Shown here: piece by piece, positions 8,632 through 18,661 of the stretch
Layout of the letters: every line of letters begins with the position of its first letter
Position numbering within the stretch: position 1 is the first letter of the stretch
Assembly (NCBI GenBank): GCA_044376115.1
Contig: JBILLK010000022.1
Span: forward strand, 1-64,000
Source of the DNA: Polyangiaceae bacterium
Lineage (GTDB): Bacteria; Myxococcota_A; Polyangia; Polyangiales; Polyangiaceae
Length of the DNA: 64,000 nucleotides
Reading direction: 5' to 3'
Notes under the pieces: generated by a model
Databases searched by the model: none
Seen by the model: the letters and a program-made list of their open reading frames with translations, nothing else
Told to the model about the DNA's origin: nothing
Program-made: the position numbers and the translations under genes

Positions 8632-9840
8632 ATGCGCACGGTGAACCCCGCCGATGATCCGAAGCCGCACAAGCGGATCATCCACCTCGATATGGATGCG
8701 TTTTACGCGTCGGTCGAGCAGCGGGACGACCCGAGCTTGCGCGGAAAACCTGTGATCGTCGCTGGACGCTCGCCTCGCTCGGTGGTGACCACGGCCTCGT
8801 ATGAGGCCCGCCGCTTCGGGGTGCGCAGCGCCATGCCGGTGGTGGAGGCCGTGCGGCGCTGTCCGCATGGCCTGCTGGTCGAGCCGCGGATGGGCGTTTA
8901 TTCGGACGTAAGCGCCGAGGTGATGAAGATCCTGAGCGACTTCTCGCCGTTGGTGGAGCCGCTCAGTTTGGATGAGGCCTTTGTCGACGTGAGCGCCAGC
9001 GAGCTGTTGTTTGGTCCGGCGGCGTCGATTGCAGCGCAGATGCGCGAACGTATTCGCAGCGAGCTCTCACTGACCGCTAGCGCCGGCGTGGCGAGTTCGA
9101 AGTTCGTCGCCAAGGTCGCCAGCGACCTGCATAAGCCGGACGGGCTCACTGTGGTCCCAGAGGGCGAAGAAGCCGCCTTTCTTGCGCCTTTGCCGGTCGA
9201 GCGGATGTGGGGTGTCGGGCCGAAGGCTGCAGCGCGCCTGCACGCCCACGGCGTTCGCACCATTGGCGAGTTGGCCCAAGCTTCGCCGAGCCATCTTGCG
9301 CGCGTGCTCTCGAGCTCCTGGGGCCGAGAGATTGCGCTCTTGGCCCAAGGCTTGGATCCGCGTGAGGTGGTGGTAGCGCGCGCCGCTCGCTCGATTGGCG
9401 CTGAAGAGACCTTCGACCGCGACCTTACGCTCGTGAGCGAGCTCGAGCCGTTCATTCTTGGGCAGGCCGCCCGCGTCGCCCAGCGCCTGCTCGAAGAGCA
9501 GCTCCTTTGCCGCACCGTGACGCTCAAGGTGAAGTACGGCGATCACAAGCTGGTGACGCGTCAAACCGCGCTCACGGCGGCGGCCTGCGACACGCTCACC
9601 TTGTACGAAGCCGCGCGCTCGCTGCTGACGAAGATCGAGGGGCTCGAGAAGGGCGTGCGACTCACCGGGATTCAGGCCTCGGCGCTGGAGTCGGAGGCGC
9701 GCGAGCAACGAACGCTGTTTCAGAGCGCCGCGAGCGATAAGCGTCGCTTGCTCGAGAAGACGCTGCTCGGCGTGCGCGAGAAGTTTGGCGACGGCGCCGT
9801 GCAGCAGGCCCGCATGATGGAGCGCGGCAAGCGGCGCTAG
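8632..9840 (+). CDS. dinB: DNA polymerase IV
   Basis: HLDMDAFYASVEQ, SYEARRFGVRSAM, SLDEAF, KVASDLHKPDG, WGVG. Confidence 0.96.
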   Translation: MRTVNPADDPKPHKRIIHLDMDAFYASVEQRDDPSLRGKPVIVAGRSPRSVVTTASYEARRFGVRSAMPVVEAVRRCPHGLLVEPRMGVYSDVSAEVMKILSDFSPLVEPLSLDEAFVDVSASELLFGPAASIAAQMRERIRSELSLTASAGVASSKFVAKVASDLHKPDGLTVVPEGEEAAFLAPLPVERMWGVGPKAAARLHAHGVRTIGELAQASPSHLARVLSSSWGREIALLAQGLDPREVVVARAARSIGAEETFDRDLTLVSELEPFILGQAARVAQRLLEEQLLCRTVTLKVKYGDHKLVTRQTALTAAACDTLTLYEAARSLLTKIEGLEKGVRLTGIQASALESEAREQRTLFQSAASDKRRLLEKTLLGVREKFGDGAVQQARMMERGKRR

Positions 9841-9920
9841 CGGCGCACAATCCGCGGCTTCGGGCTGGGATCAGCCGCTTTGAGCGTTTCGCAAGCGGCG
9901 CATTCTGTTAAGAGCCACGT

Positions 9921-10883
9921 ATGCATCTGCTCCGCGTCGCTGACCTTTCGTCGCGCGATATCTCGCGTGCCCTCGACCTCTCGGACGCCTTCAAACGTCA
10001 CCCGCCGCGCTCGGCGACGTTGCTGCACGGCGCTGCGGTCACGCTCTATTTCGCCAAGCCGTCGACCCGCACGCGCATCAGCTTCGAGACGGCGATCCAC
10101 CGGCTCGGCGGCGTGCCGGTGACCGTCGGACCGAACGATCTGCAGATGGGCCGCGGCGAGTCGATTGAAGATACGGCGCGGGTGATCTCGCGCATGAGCC
10201 GGGCCTTCGTCGCGCGCACCTTCGCCGATGATGAGCTGGCTCGCTTCGCTCGGGCGGCGTCAATCCCGGTCGTCAACGCCCTGACCGACGGCCATCATCC
10301 GTGTCAGGCGATCGCGGATCTGTTGACCATCCGCGAGAAGTTCGGCCGCACCGAAGGGCTGAGCATGGCCTACGTGGGCGCCGGTAACAACGTGACGCAC
10401 AGCCTGATGGAGGCCTGTGCGCTGGCCGGCATGGAGCTTCGGGTAGCGACGCCCAAGGCGTACGCACCGCATGACACGGTGGTGGAGCGCGCACGCGCGC
10501 TGGCCAAGGCGAGCGGCGTGAAGTTGCTGCTCACGAATGACCCGGCGGAAGCGGTGGACGGCGTCGACGCGATCTACACCGACACCTGGCTCTCGATGGG
10601 AGATCCGCCGGCCGAACGTGAGGAGCGCATCGCCATCCTCGAGCCGTATCAGGTCAACGCAGCGCTGTTCGCCAAGGCCAAGCCGACGGCGATCTTCATG
10701 CACTGCTTGCCCGCCCACCGCGGGGAAGAGGTCACCGCCGAGGTGGCCGACAGCGATCGCTCGGTGATCTTCGATCAGGCCGAAAATCGGCTTCACACCT
10801 CACTGGGCATCCTCGAGATGTTGGTGACGCACAGCTTCGAAGGGTCCGGTCACCAGTCAGTGCCGGGCCCTGCGAACAGCTGA
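9921..10883 (+). CDS. argF: Ornithine carbamoyltransferase
   Basis: PSTRTRISF, HPCQ, WLSMG, HCLP, QAENR. Confidence 0.93.
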   Translation: MHLLRVADLSSRDISRALDLSDAFKRHPPRSATLLHGAAVTLYFAKPSTRTRISFETAIHRLGGVPVTVGPNDLQMGRGESIEDTARVISRMSRAFVARTFADDELARFARAASIPVVNALTDGHHPCQAIADLLTIREKFGRTEGLSMAYVGAGNNVTHSLMEACALAGMELRVATPKAYAPHDTVVERARALAKASGVKLLLTNDPAEAVDGVDAIYTDTWLSMGDPPAEREERIAILEPYQVNAALFAKAKPTAIFMHCLPAHRGEEVTAEVADSDRSVIFDQAENRLHTSLGILEMLVTHSFEGSGHQSVPGPANS

Positions 10884-10887
10884 GCGC

Positions 10888-11817
10888 TCAGTAACGCGGA
10901 ACGGAGGGATCGAGCGAGGACCAAGCGTCGATCCCGCCCTCGAGGTTGTGAACGCGGGTGAAGCCCTGCCCTGCGTAGTGCGTCGCTGCAGCGAGGCTGC
11001 GAACGCCGTGATGGCAGTGGAAGACGATGGCCGTGTCCTTCGGTAGCGACTCGAGCTTGGCCTTGCCTGCGGCGTCGAGGAAGATCGCTCGGTCAATTTT
11101 GGCCAGCGCGCGCTCGGCCTCGGTGCGCACGTCAAACAGCATCACCTCGGGCGACTCGAGCAGCTTCTTCACCTCGCTGGCGGAGAGCTTCTTGACGGCC
11201 GCGGGCGGCTTGGGCGCGTTGGGGTTCTCGATCTTGAAGCCCGAGCCGTCCGGACCGTCCACGTAGTCGATGGAGAGGCCGTTCGCTCGCTTGGCCGAGG
11301 CCGCGTCGAGCGAGAGCGCCACTCCGTTGGCCTGCACCACAAGATCTCCGGGGGCCTTGGGTCCAAAGAAGAGATCCACGCGGAAGGCTGCGTCGATCTC
11401 GAGGCGCAACACGTCTTCGGAGCCGGGCTCTGCGGCCTCCTTGAAGGCGCCGGCGGCCTTGTCACTCATCACGATGGTCGGCGGCGCTACCGGGGCAACC
11501 TTGACGCCGATCAACTTGGCTAGCTCACCGGTTTGGTGCATCTCGCGCACGATGTCGCAGCCACCGACGAACTCGCCGTTGACGTAGAGCTGCGGGATGG
11601 TGGGCCAATCACTGAAGACCTTGATGCCGTCGCGCAGCGCAGGGTCTGACAGCACGTTGGCCGTCTCGAACTCGGTTCCGAGCTCTTTGAGGATACCGAC
11701 CACCGTCGAGGAGAACCCGCATTGCGGAAAGCTCTTGTTGCCCTTCATGAAGAGCACCACGCGGTTCTTCTGAATCAGGGTCTCAATCGTCGACTTCACC
11801 GTGGGATCGAGTTGCAT
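10888..11817 (-). CDS. grxD: Monothiol glutaredoxin fused to an A-type-carrier-like domain and a rhodanese domain
   Basis: [18 protein letters not shown]; middle [17 protein letters not shown]-terminal DVRT...CHHGVRS...LEGGIDAW. Confidence 0.88.
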   Translation of the reverse strand: MQLDPTVKSTIETLIQKNRVVLFMKGNKSFPQCGFSSTVVGILKELGTEFETANVLSDPALRDGIKVFSDWPTIPQLYVNGEFVGGCDIVREMHQTGELAKLIGVKVAPVAPPTIVMSDKAAGAFKEAAEPGSEDVLRLEIDAAFRVDLFFGPKAPGDLVVQANGVALSLDAASAKRANGLSIDYVDGPDGSGFKIENPNAPKPPAAVKKLSASEVKKLLESPEVMLFDVRTEAERALAKIDRAIFLDAAGKAKLESLPKDTAIVFHCHHGVRSLAAATHYAGQGFTRVHNLEGGIDAWSSLDPSVPRY

Positions 11818-11876
11818 GCCGTCTCACCTGCAAGCTCCGAATCGGAGCGGGTTGCGCCAAATGTTCCGTAACGGCA

Positions 11877-12314
11877 CTACTTAGCACGAACCGGCAACGT
11901 CTCGCCCGACAAATACCGCCATCCTTCAGCCGTCTTCTCGAACTCGGAGGTCTCACGGAAGGAGTTGTCTTGCGCCTGCTTCATGATCTTCGCGGTGAAG
12001 GTAACGAAGGCGCGCTCCCCTTCTTCACGAGCCTCTTCCACCGTGAGACCGAGGTAACGGAAGGCGGCCATGCCCTTGCGAATCGTGCTGCGCAGGACCT
12101 CCTCCGGGATGGCTCGATCGGCGTGGTTTGGGTGCAGCGTGCGAAGGATGTAGTCGACGTTGCCGGCGGCGTAGGCCGAGAAGCGCGAGCGCATCAGCTT
12201 CTCGGCGGTGGGCGGCTCGGCCCCGCGGTGAAAGGGCTCACAGCAGTCGCCAAAGCTTGCGCCCGAACGACACGGACAGGGCGAAGAACGCTTGAGGGGT
12301 TTGAGTAGGCTCAC
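11877..12314 (-). CDS. ychJ: YchJ/SEC-C family protein
   Basis: CPCRSG...CC...TAEKLMRSRFSAY...WRY; the GTG start overlaps the upstream stop. Confidence 0.85.
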   Translation of the reverse strand: MSLLKPLKRSSPCPCRSGASFGDCCEPFHRGAEPPTAEKLMRSRFSAYAAGNVDYILRTLHPNHADRAIPEEVLRSTIRKGMAAFRYLGLTVEEAREEGERAFVTFTAKIMKQAQDNSFRETSEFEKTAEGWRYLSGETLPVRAK

Positions 12315-13012
12315 AGGGTGGAGGGCGGAGGGTCGTTGGGAGTTGAGTCGCCGGGGAGCAGCAGACCATCGCTGCAATCCGGAACACGGTGGAGCGAGAG
12401 AGCTTGGTCGAGGCCGCAGCCTGGCTGCAGTGTCGCGCCCATCAGGTCTGTGCAACCTGTGTCGCAGCAAATGAGCACGCGATCGATCTCCTGATCGTTT
12501 GGGTCCACGCCGCGTTTCAAAGCTACGGTTTGCGCATCGTCTCCCATCGAAGGCGCGAGCACGTAGTCGGGGCCCGGACTCGGGGTGTACGTGCTACCGA
12601 CGACGATCAAACGTGCTTGTGGAGCCAGGGTCTCTGAAGCCGGTGCAACCCAACGAGGCGTGAACCCCGACGCCGGCGTCCGCGCGTGGAGCGACAGCCC
12701 TGCGAGCGAGATGGTGCGCGCGGTTGGGTTGAGGATCTCGACGAGCTCGTCATTGCCGCCGTTGGGTCCGCGCGTTCGCACCTCGGAGATGATCACGTCG
12801 TTGGCGCAGCCAGCACCGGCGCCGGCTGTCCCGCCCTCACCGCCGAGGCCGCTGCCCCCGAGGCCGCCCTCACCGCCTCCGCCTTCAGCTGTTCCGCCGC
12901 TAGCACCAACACCGCCCGCGCCGGAATTTGCGCCTTTGCTGAAGTCGTCGAGCCCAGCGACCAACGCGCAGCCCGAGAGCAGCAAGCTCAGCCCGACGCC
13001 GGCGCGCTTCAA
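12311..13012 (-). CDS. Lamin-tail-domain lipoprotein
   Basis: Lipobox LSGC, Gly linker, VIISEVRTRG...DELVEILNPT, terminal STPN. Confidence 0.75.
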   Translation of the reverse strand: MKRAGVGLSLLLSGCALVAGLDDFSKGANSGAGGVGASGGTAEGGGGEGGLGGSGLGGEGGTAGAGAGCANDVIISEVRTRGPNGGNDELVEILNPTARTISLAGLSLHARTPASGFTPRWVAPASETLAPQARLIVVGSTYTPSPGPDYVLAPSMGDDAQTVALKRGVDPNDQEIDRVLICCDTGCTDLMGATLQPGCGLDQALSLHRVPDCSDGLLLPGDSTPNDPPPSTL

Positions 13013-14001
13013 AAGGCCCCCGCGACGCTGAGACCGACCGAGGTTGGACCGATCTGCGGAGCTGCGACCACGCTCGAGTCTTCAAACAGCGCGACGAGGA
13101 GCAAGGCGCCGCCGCCTGCAGCAAGCAGCGCACCGCCGACCACGGCGGCCGTGCTCGCGGTCGCGGTGGCACGCAGATCGGTGAGGCGCGCGAAGCCCTC
13201 GTCGCTGCAAACCTGATTCGGACAAAGCGCCGGGTCTGCGAGTAGAGCGTCTCGATCCGAGAGCACGAGCCCACCGAGCGTAGCGCCGACAGCGACCGCC
13301 GATACGCCGACGCCCGCCATCACGGCTCCGGCGACGAGAAAGGCGCTCGGACCGTTGGCGACCGGCGCTGCGACGGGGGGAGGCGGCGCAACCACGAGCG
13401 GCACCTCGTCCTCGAGCGCTGGCAGTTCGATCGTCAGTGCCTCTCCGGGCGCGAGCACCACTTTCTTGGAGAAAAGCTGCTTGCCAGGCGCGCTCGCCCG
13501 CAGCACGAACTCGCCTGGATCCACCGCGATCGGCGTGCCAAAGGAGCCCGTGCCGAGCACCGTCTCTCCGCGCCAAACCTCGAGGCCGGTCTCGTTGCCG
13601 AGTGGTTGCAAGGTGAGCTTCGACAAGGTGGGCTCGATCGCTCGCAGGAGCTCCTCCCCCTTTGCAACCTTCGCCGGCTCTTCCTTCTGCTTCGCGATGC
13701 GTACGGCCGCCTTGTACGCAGCCCAGGCGCTCGCGCTTCGACCGAGCTTCTCGAGGCAGAGCCCAAGATTGAGCAACGCACTCGCCGACGGAGCCTGCTT
13801 GTTGGACTCCTCGAACTTTGCGGCCGCTTCTTCATAGCGGCCGGCCTCCGCGAGGCTGCGAGCCGCTGCGAAGAGCGACTCGGCGATGGCAATTTGGTCG
13901 TTGGCCGGATCTGCGCTCGAACTCTTGTCCTCGGCCAAGGCGACTGAAGGGGCCAGAATCGCGAGTATCACGAGCGTTGCGGCAAGGGAGCGAAGCCTCA
14001 A
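13009..14001 (-). CDS. TPR/PEGA-like exported protein (myxobacterial type)
   Basis: Signal peptide; AESLF..A...EAAAKFEES...LLNLGLCLEKLG TPRs; VDPGEFVLRASAPG; hydrophobic C-terminus ending VAGAF. Confidence 0.8.
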   Translation of the reverse strand: MRLRSLAATLVILAILAPSVALAEDKSSSADPANDQIAIAESLFAAARSLAEAGRYEEAAAKFEESNKQAPSASALLNLGLCLEKLGRSASAWAAYKAAVRIAKQKEEPAKVAKGEELLRAIEPTLSKLTLQPLGNETGLEVWRGETVLGTGSFGTPIAVDPGEFVLRASAPGKQLFSKKVVLAPGEALTIELPALEDEVPLVVAPPPPVAAPVANGPSAFLVAGAVMAGVGVSAVAVGATLGGLVLSDRDALLADPALCPNQVCSDEGFARLTDLRATATASTAAVVGGALLAAGGGALLLVALFEDSSVVAAPQIGPTSVGLSVAGAF

Positions 14002-14005
14002 GGTT

Positions 14006-15700
14006 CTAACGCTCCGAGAGAATGTCCACCGACGACGCGGGACGCGGCTTTTTCGACCGCCCTGAAGTAACAGGCTTCGAACTTTTGACCGCGGTGGCAA
14101 CGGGCTCCGCGGAGGGCGGCGCGCTCGGAGCGGCCGTCAGCACTTGCGGAGCGGCGGTGGGCACGGGTGCCTGCGCGGGCTCGGGCGCCAGCTGGAGGCG
14201 CGCCCGCAGGAGAAACAGGCCCAAGAACTCGCGGGCGTGCTCGGTGCGGTTGGCCTCGCGGCCCGGCCACTGCGTCACCACCACACCGCCGCCGAAGAAG
14301 GCCAGCATCAGCACGGCGAAGGTGGCCGTCGTAAAGCGAATGGCCTTTGCTCGCGGTTGGCTCGCCGCATCGACGAGCGCGGGAGGCACGTTGCGCACGC
14401 CCGAGACCTGCCAACCGAACTTGCGCGCGGAGGGAGGCACGGCCTCCTCGCGATGCAGAGCTCGACTCAAGCGCTCGGCCGACTCGGCCGCGGCTCGACC
14501 ACCGAACGGCGCAAGATCGAGCGCCAACGCGACGACCGAAGCGACGCGATCTTCCGGCTTCTTTTCGAGGCAACGCACGATCAAGCGCTCGAGCTGCTCT
14601 GGGACTTCGACCCCGAGCGAGGCGAAGCTGCGCGGGGGCGAAGTGCAAATGCGAGCGCAAAGCAGCGGGAGGTTGGGCGCGTCGAAGGGCGGCGCGGCCG
14701 CGATCAGCTCGAACAGAATCACGCCCAGCGACCAAATGTCCGCGCGTTCATCCGCGTCCCGTGGGGCCTCCATCTGCTCCGGGGACATGTACAGCGGCGA
14801 GCCGACGACGCTGAGCGTCTGCGTTACCGCGTGGGTCTCATTGCGGAGCTTGGAGATGCCGAAATCCAACACTTTGATCAGCTGCCGACCGTCTGAGGTC
14901 TGCGTGACGAACAGGTTGGCCGGCTTGAGATCGCGATGGACGATCGAAACGGCGTGCGCCGCAGCGACGGCTTCACACGCCTGCACCACGTGGTCCACCG
15001 CTTCAGCGACGGGCACGCGACCGCGGGCGATCACCTTCGAAAGGTCTTCCCCCTCGAGCAGCTCCATCACCATGAACGGCTCGCCCGTTGGCAGCCGCCC
15101 CACATCCATCACGCGCGCGACGTGCTCGGTCTTTACCCGAGCGAGCGCCCGCGCCTCGAGATCGAAGCGGGCTACGTTCTCGCGCGTTTCCGCCGCCGAG
15201 CGCTGCAAGAACTTGATCGCGACGCGGTCCCCAAGACCTTCATGGCGCGCCGAAACGACCACACCGACACCGCCAGCACCGATGATCTTTTCGACCACGT
15301 ACTTGCCGGCGATGACGTCACCCACCGCGACGGGCAGGTTGCGTTGTGACGACGGCGCGCGCGGAATTCCGCGCGAGCTGCGCTTGGACTGACCGGTACC
15401 AGCGCCGGCGCGGCTGCTCGTCCGTTTGGGTTGGTAGACGGTGGTCGCCTCGGTGGACTCATTCCAATCGAGCTCGGCGCTCGCTGCGCTGATCGGCGCA
15501 TCCGACGCAGCGGCTGCGGGACCTGAAGGCGCAGCCTGCGGCTCGGCGTTCACGCTCGGTGACTCCGCGTGCGCGTTCGCCGTCTCCTGCGCGGCGCGGG
15601 TCTCCTCGGCCGAGGCAGCAGGCGACGAGGTGGACTGCGTCCGCTCGGGCTCCGAACCGCCCTCCTCCTCGCTGCCTGACGGAGCAACTTTCGGCGCCAT
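14006..15700 (-). CDS. Eukaryotic-like Ser/Thr protein kinase with a C-terminal TM segment
   Basis: IGAGGVG, VAIK, HRDLKPAN, DFGISK, YMSPEQ, DIWSLG. Confidence 0.95.
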   Translation of the reverse strand: MAPKVAPSGSEEEGGSEPERTQSTSSPAASAEETRAAQETANAHAESPSVNAEPQAAPSGPAAAASDAPISAASAELDWNESTEATTVYQPKRTSSRAGAGTGQSKRSSRGIPRAPSSQRNLPVAVGDVIAGKYVVEKIIGAGGVGVVVSARHEGLGDRVAIKFLQRSAAETRENVARFDLEARALARVKTEHVARVMDVGRLPTGEPFMVMELLEGEDLSKVIARGRVPVAEAVDHVVQACEAVAAAHAVSIVHRDLKPANLFVTQTSDGRQLIKVLDFGISKLRNETHAVTQTLSVVGSPLYMSPEQMEAPRDADERADIWSLGVILFELIAAAPPFDAPNLPLLCARICTSPPRSFASLGVEVPEQLERLIVRCLEKKPEDRVASVVALALDLAPFGGRAAAESAERLSRALHREEAVPPSARKFGWQVSGVRNVPPALVDAASQPRAKAIRFTTATFAVLMLAFFGGGVVVTQWPGREANRTEHAREFLGLFLLRARLQLAPEPAQAPVPTAAPQVLTAAPSAPPSAEPVATAVKSSKPVTSGRSKKPRPASSVDILSER

Positions 15701-15822
15701 GACGAACCTACACCATACCACAATCCAAGCCGCTCCCTCCGCACAATTCTGTTCAAGTTTGCGTCGACGGATAGGAGCTTGGCTTTCACGAACGGGGCTC
15801 CACCGCTACGCTGGCCTTCTCG

Positions 15823-18129
15823 TTGGACGCGGAGCTCCCTCTCCATAAGCACGAAGCGCTCGCACGCGCTCAGGCAACGGCCGCCCAATGGGCAGCCTGG
15901 ATCCTGGTCGCGTCGACAGCGTTGTTCGCGGTTTGGACGCTGATCAAGCCCGGTGCGAACGGACTGCCGAGCACCTGGGCGTTGCTTGTGGCCCTCGCCA
16001 TAACGCTGGGGCTCGCCGTGTTTACTTCGCGCGGGGCACTCTGGGTGAGGCACGCTTTGCCGCTGCATTGGGCGGTCGCGATTCCACTGCTCGTGACCGA
16101 GCCCTTCATCAGCCAACAGACGGCGCTCGCGATGATCGGCCCGGCGGCCCTCGCTACGTTGACGGCCGGAAAGCGCACGGTGTTTGGCTGCGCGGTGCTC
16201 CCGCTGCTCGTGATTACGCTGCGAGCCGGCGTTCATACGGCGTACCTCGAGCTTGAGTACTTGGCGGTCTACGCGGTGCTGATCCTGATCCTCACGCTCT
16301 GCCAACGGACCTTGCGGTTGGTGGTGATGGAAGCGGCGAGATCGAGCCAGTTGTTCGACGCGTTGACCCGCGAAACCAACGAAGTAGTGACCTTGAGTGG
16401 CCCGGGGCGGGACGGGAACTCGGCCACCATCAGCTTCATCAGCCCGTCGGTGACCCGCGTGCTCGGCTATCCGCAAAATGAGCCGGAGCACATGAAATGG
16501 GGCGAGCTGATTCACCCCGATGACGTGCCGAAGATCGCCCTGCTGTCGAAGACCGTTCGAAGCAACCCTGGCACGAGCGACACGAGCCAGTTCCGCATGC
16601 GTCACAAGGACGGGCACTTTCGGTGGATGGTCGCGCGCGCCACCAACTTACTTCACTTGCCGCACGTACGTGGCGTGCTGAGCTCCTTCGTCGATGTAAC
16701 GTCCTTGGTGGACGAGCGAGAGCAGGTTGAACGGAAGCTCGAACATGAAGCGCGGCACGATGCGGCCACCGGACTACCGAATCGGCGCATGCTTCACGAG
16801 CAACTCGAGCTCGCGCTCAAGATGCCGCTGGAGAGCGCTTCACAAAGCCTTCTTTTCATCGACATCGACGGCTTCAAGCGGGTCAACGACAGCCTGGGCC
16901 ACGATTTTGGTGATCGGTTGATCGTCGCGATCGCCGACCGTTTTCGAGCGCAGCTGCCAAACCAAGCCGAGCTCTTCCGATTTGGCGGCGACGAGTTGTG
17001 CGCGCTGCTCGAGGTCAGCGACCAAGAGGCGGAACGGATCGCAGAGCAGCTGCTCGTTGCGATGAAGAAGGCGTTCAAGCTCGACGAGCGGGACGTGTTC
17101 GTGACCGCAAGCATCGGTATCGCCGGCTTGCGAGCGGATCACGATCGGCCCGAGGCCGTGCTGCAAGAGGCCGATCTAGCGATGTATCGGGCCAAGGAGG
17201 GCGGACGAAACATCAGCGTTCGCTTCGATCAGGCCATGCGCGAGCGAGCCGATCGAAGGCACAACCTCGAGCAGGCGCTGCGTGGAGCGCTGGACGCGGG
17301 CCAACTGCGCGTGGTGTATCAACCGCGCGTCCACGGTTCGAACTACCTGGTGAGCGGATTTGAAGCGTTGCTTCGCTTCCGTCACCCCGTCCTCGGCGAG
17401 GTTGGTCCCAACGAGTTCATTCCGATCGCCGAGGAGACGGGGCTGATCGAGCCGATCGGACGCTGGGTGCTACGCGAAGCCTGCCTGCAGCTCCGTGATT
17501 GGCGCGAGCGCTGGCCGCAGCGGGATCTGCACATGGCCATCAACCTTTCGGCCAGGCAGCTGTGCGGTCCGAACAACGTGACGCAAGAAGTCGCTGAGGT
17601 GCTGCTCGAGACCGGCCTCGATCCCGCCTTCGTCGAGCTCGAGATCACCGAGAGCGTGCTGATGGACCGCGCCGGGCGAGCGCTGAGCCGTTTGCAGGAG
17701 CTGAAGAAGCTCGGCGTCAAACTGGCGATCGACGACTTCGGGACCGGCTATTCGTCGCTCTCGTACCTCCGCGACTTCCCGGTCGATGTGGTGAAGATCG
17801 ACCGCGCGTTCGTTTCCCGGCTCGACCAAACCAAGGAGGACGCGGCGATCGCTCGCTTGATTGTCGCGCTGGCGGAGTCGCTCGGGCTCGATACGGTGGC
17901 AGAGGGCGTGGAGACGGCGGCTCAACGCGACGAGCTCGTCGCCTTTGGCTGCCGTCAACTGCAGGGCTTCCTGTTCGCAAGGCCGCTCGAGCCGAAGGAC
18001 GCTGAACGCTTCTTGGAGGGGCTCGAGTCGCGACCGCCCGTTGCATCGCACACGCGGGCCCTCACGGGCGCGAAAGGTGCGGACGAGGAAACCGCCGAGG
18101 CGGCAGCCGGCGGGCGCAACCGAAGCTGA
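15823..18129 (+). CDS. Membrane PAS-GGDEF-EAL c-di-GMP enzyme
   Basis: N-terminal TM helices; PAS (IHPDD); HDAATGLPNR; GGDEL; FEALLR; DDFGTGYSSL; AEGVET. Confidence 0.93.
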   Translation: MDAELPLHKHEALARAQATAAQWAAWILVASTALFAVWTLIKPGANGLPSTWALLVALAITLGLAVFTSRGALWVRHALPLHWAVAIPLLVTEPFISQQTALAMIGPAALATLTAGKRTVFGCAVLPLLVITLRAGVHTAYLELEYLAVYAVLILILTLCQRTLRLVVMEAARSSQLFDALTRETNEVVTLSGPGRDGNSATISFISPSVTRVLGYPQNEPEHMKWGELIHPDDVPKIALLSKTVRSNPGTSDTSQFRMRHKDGHFRWMVARATNLLHLPHVRGVLSSFVDVTSLVDEREQVERKLEHEARHDAATGLPNRRMLHEQLELALKMPLESASQSLLFIDIDGFKRVNDSLGHDFGDRLIVAIADRFRAQLPNQAELFRFGGDELCALLEVSDQEAERIAEQLLVAMKKAFKLDERDVFVTASIGIAGLRADHDRPEAVLQEADLAMYRAKEGGRNISVRFDQAMRERADRRHNLEQALRGALDAGQLRVVYQPRVHGSNYLVSGFEALLRFRHPVLGEVGPNEFIPIAEETGLIEPIGRWVLREACLQLRDWRERWPQRDLHMAINLSARQLCGPNNVTQEVAEVLLETGLDPAFVELEITESVLMDRAGRALSRLQELKKLGVKLAIDDFGTGYSSLSYLRDFPVDVVKIDRAFVSRLDQTKEDAAIARLIVALAESLGLDTVAEGVETAAQRDELVAFGCRQLQGFLFARPLEPKDAERFLEGLESRPPVASHTRALTGAKGADEETAEAAAGGRNRS

Positions 18130-18181
18130 CGTTGCGCACAAGCGCGACGGCTCTGCGAGCTTGCAGTATCATGCCTGCCGA

Positions 18182-18661
18182 ATGAGCCAATCACCCCGAG
18201 CTTGCACCGCTGCCGTCATCGCATTCGGGCTCTTTTCTCTCGCTGCCTGCGCCAGCTCCAGTTCACCGACAGAGCTGCCCAGCGCCGAGCCAAGCGCAGA
18301 GCCCGACCGAACGAACACAGCCAGCACGGCCACAGCTGCGCCTACTTCGGTGGAGCTTTCGGGGCCGCTCAGCCGCGAGCTCTCTGGCTCGGACTGTCAT
18401 GCGCTGGCTGGCAAGTACAACGCGCTGACGCGCTCGGATGAAAAGGCCAAGCTGCCCGAAGGGCTCAACGCTGCACAGATGGTCGCGGCCGAGAACAACA
18501 TCGAGAAGGGCGCTGACATCCTCTCGGGCCGCTGGGAGAACGGCTGCCTCGAAAGCCTGGTGGGCAAAGAGCACCCCGAGTCGAATCTGAAGTGCGCAAT
18601 GTCGTCGAAGACGGTCGCCGCCTTCGACGTTTGCCTCAACGGGCCTGGCGAGCCGCGCTAA
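18182..18661 (+). CDS. Hypothetical lipoprotein
   Basis: Lipobox LAAC, Ser/Thr/Pro linker, four-Cys helical domain. Confidence 0.65.
   Translation: MSQSPRACTAAVIAFGLFSLAACASSSSPTELPSAEPSAEPDRTNTASTATAAPTSVELSGPLSRELSGSDCHALAGKYNALTRSDEKAKLPEGLNAAQMVAAENNIEKGADILSGRWENGCLESLVGKEHPESNLKCAMSSKTVAAFDVCLNGPGEPR

Noticed and set aside
8490..8640. LexA box upstream of dinB
   Set aside because: No convincing palindrome or known SOS-box match was seen by eye.
6307..9840. 1177-aa ORF suggesting a giant DinB fusion
   Set aside because: The N-terminal ~775 aa are the stop-free antisense of the lipoprotein genes on the minus strand. DinB motifs begin only after ATG8632.
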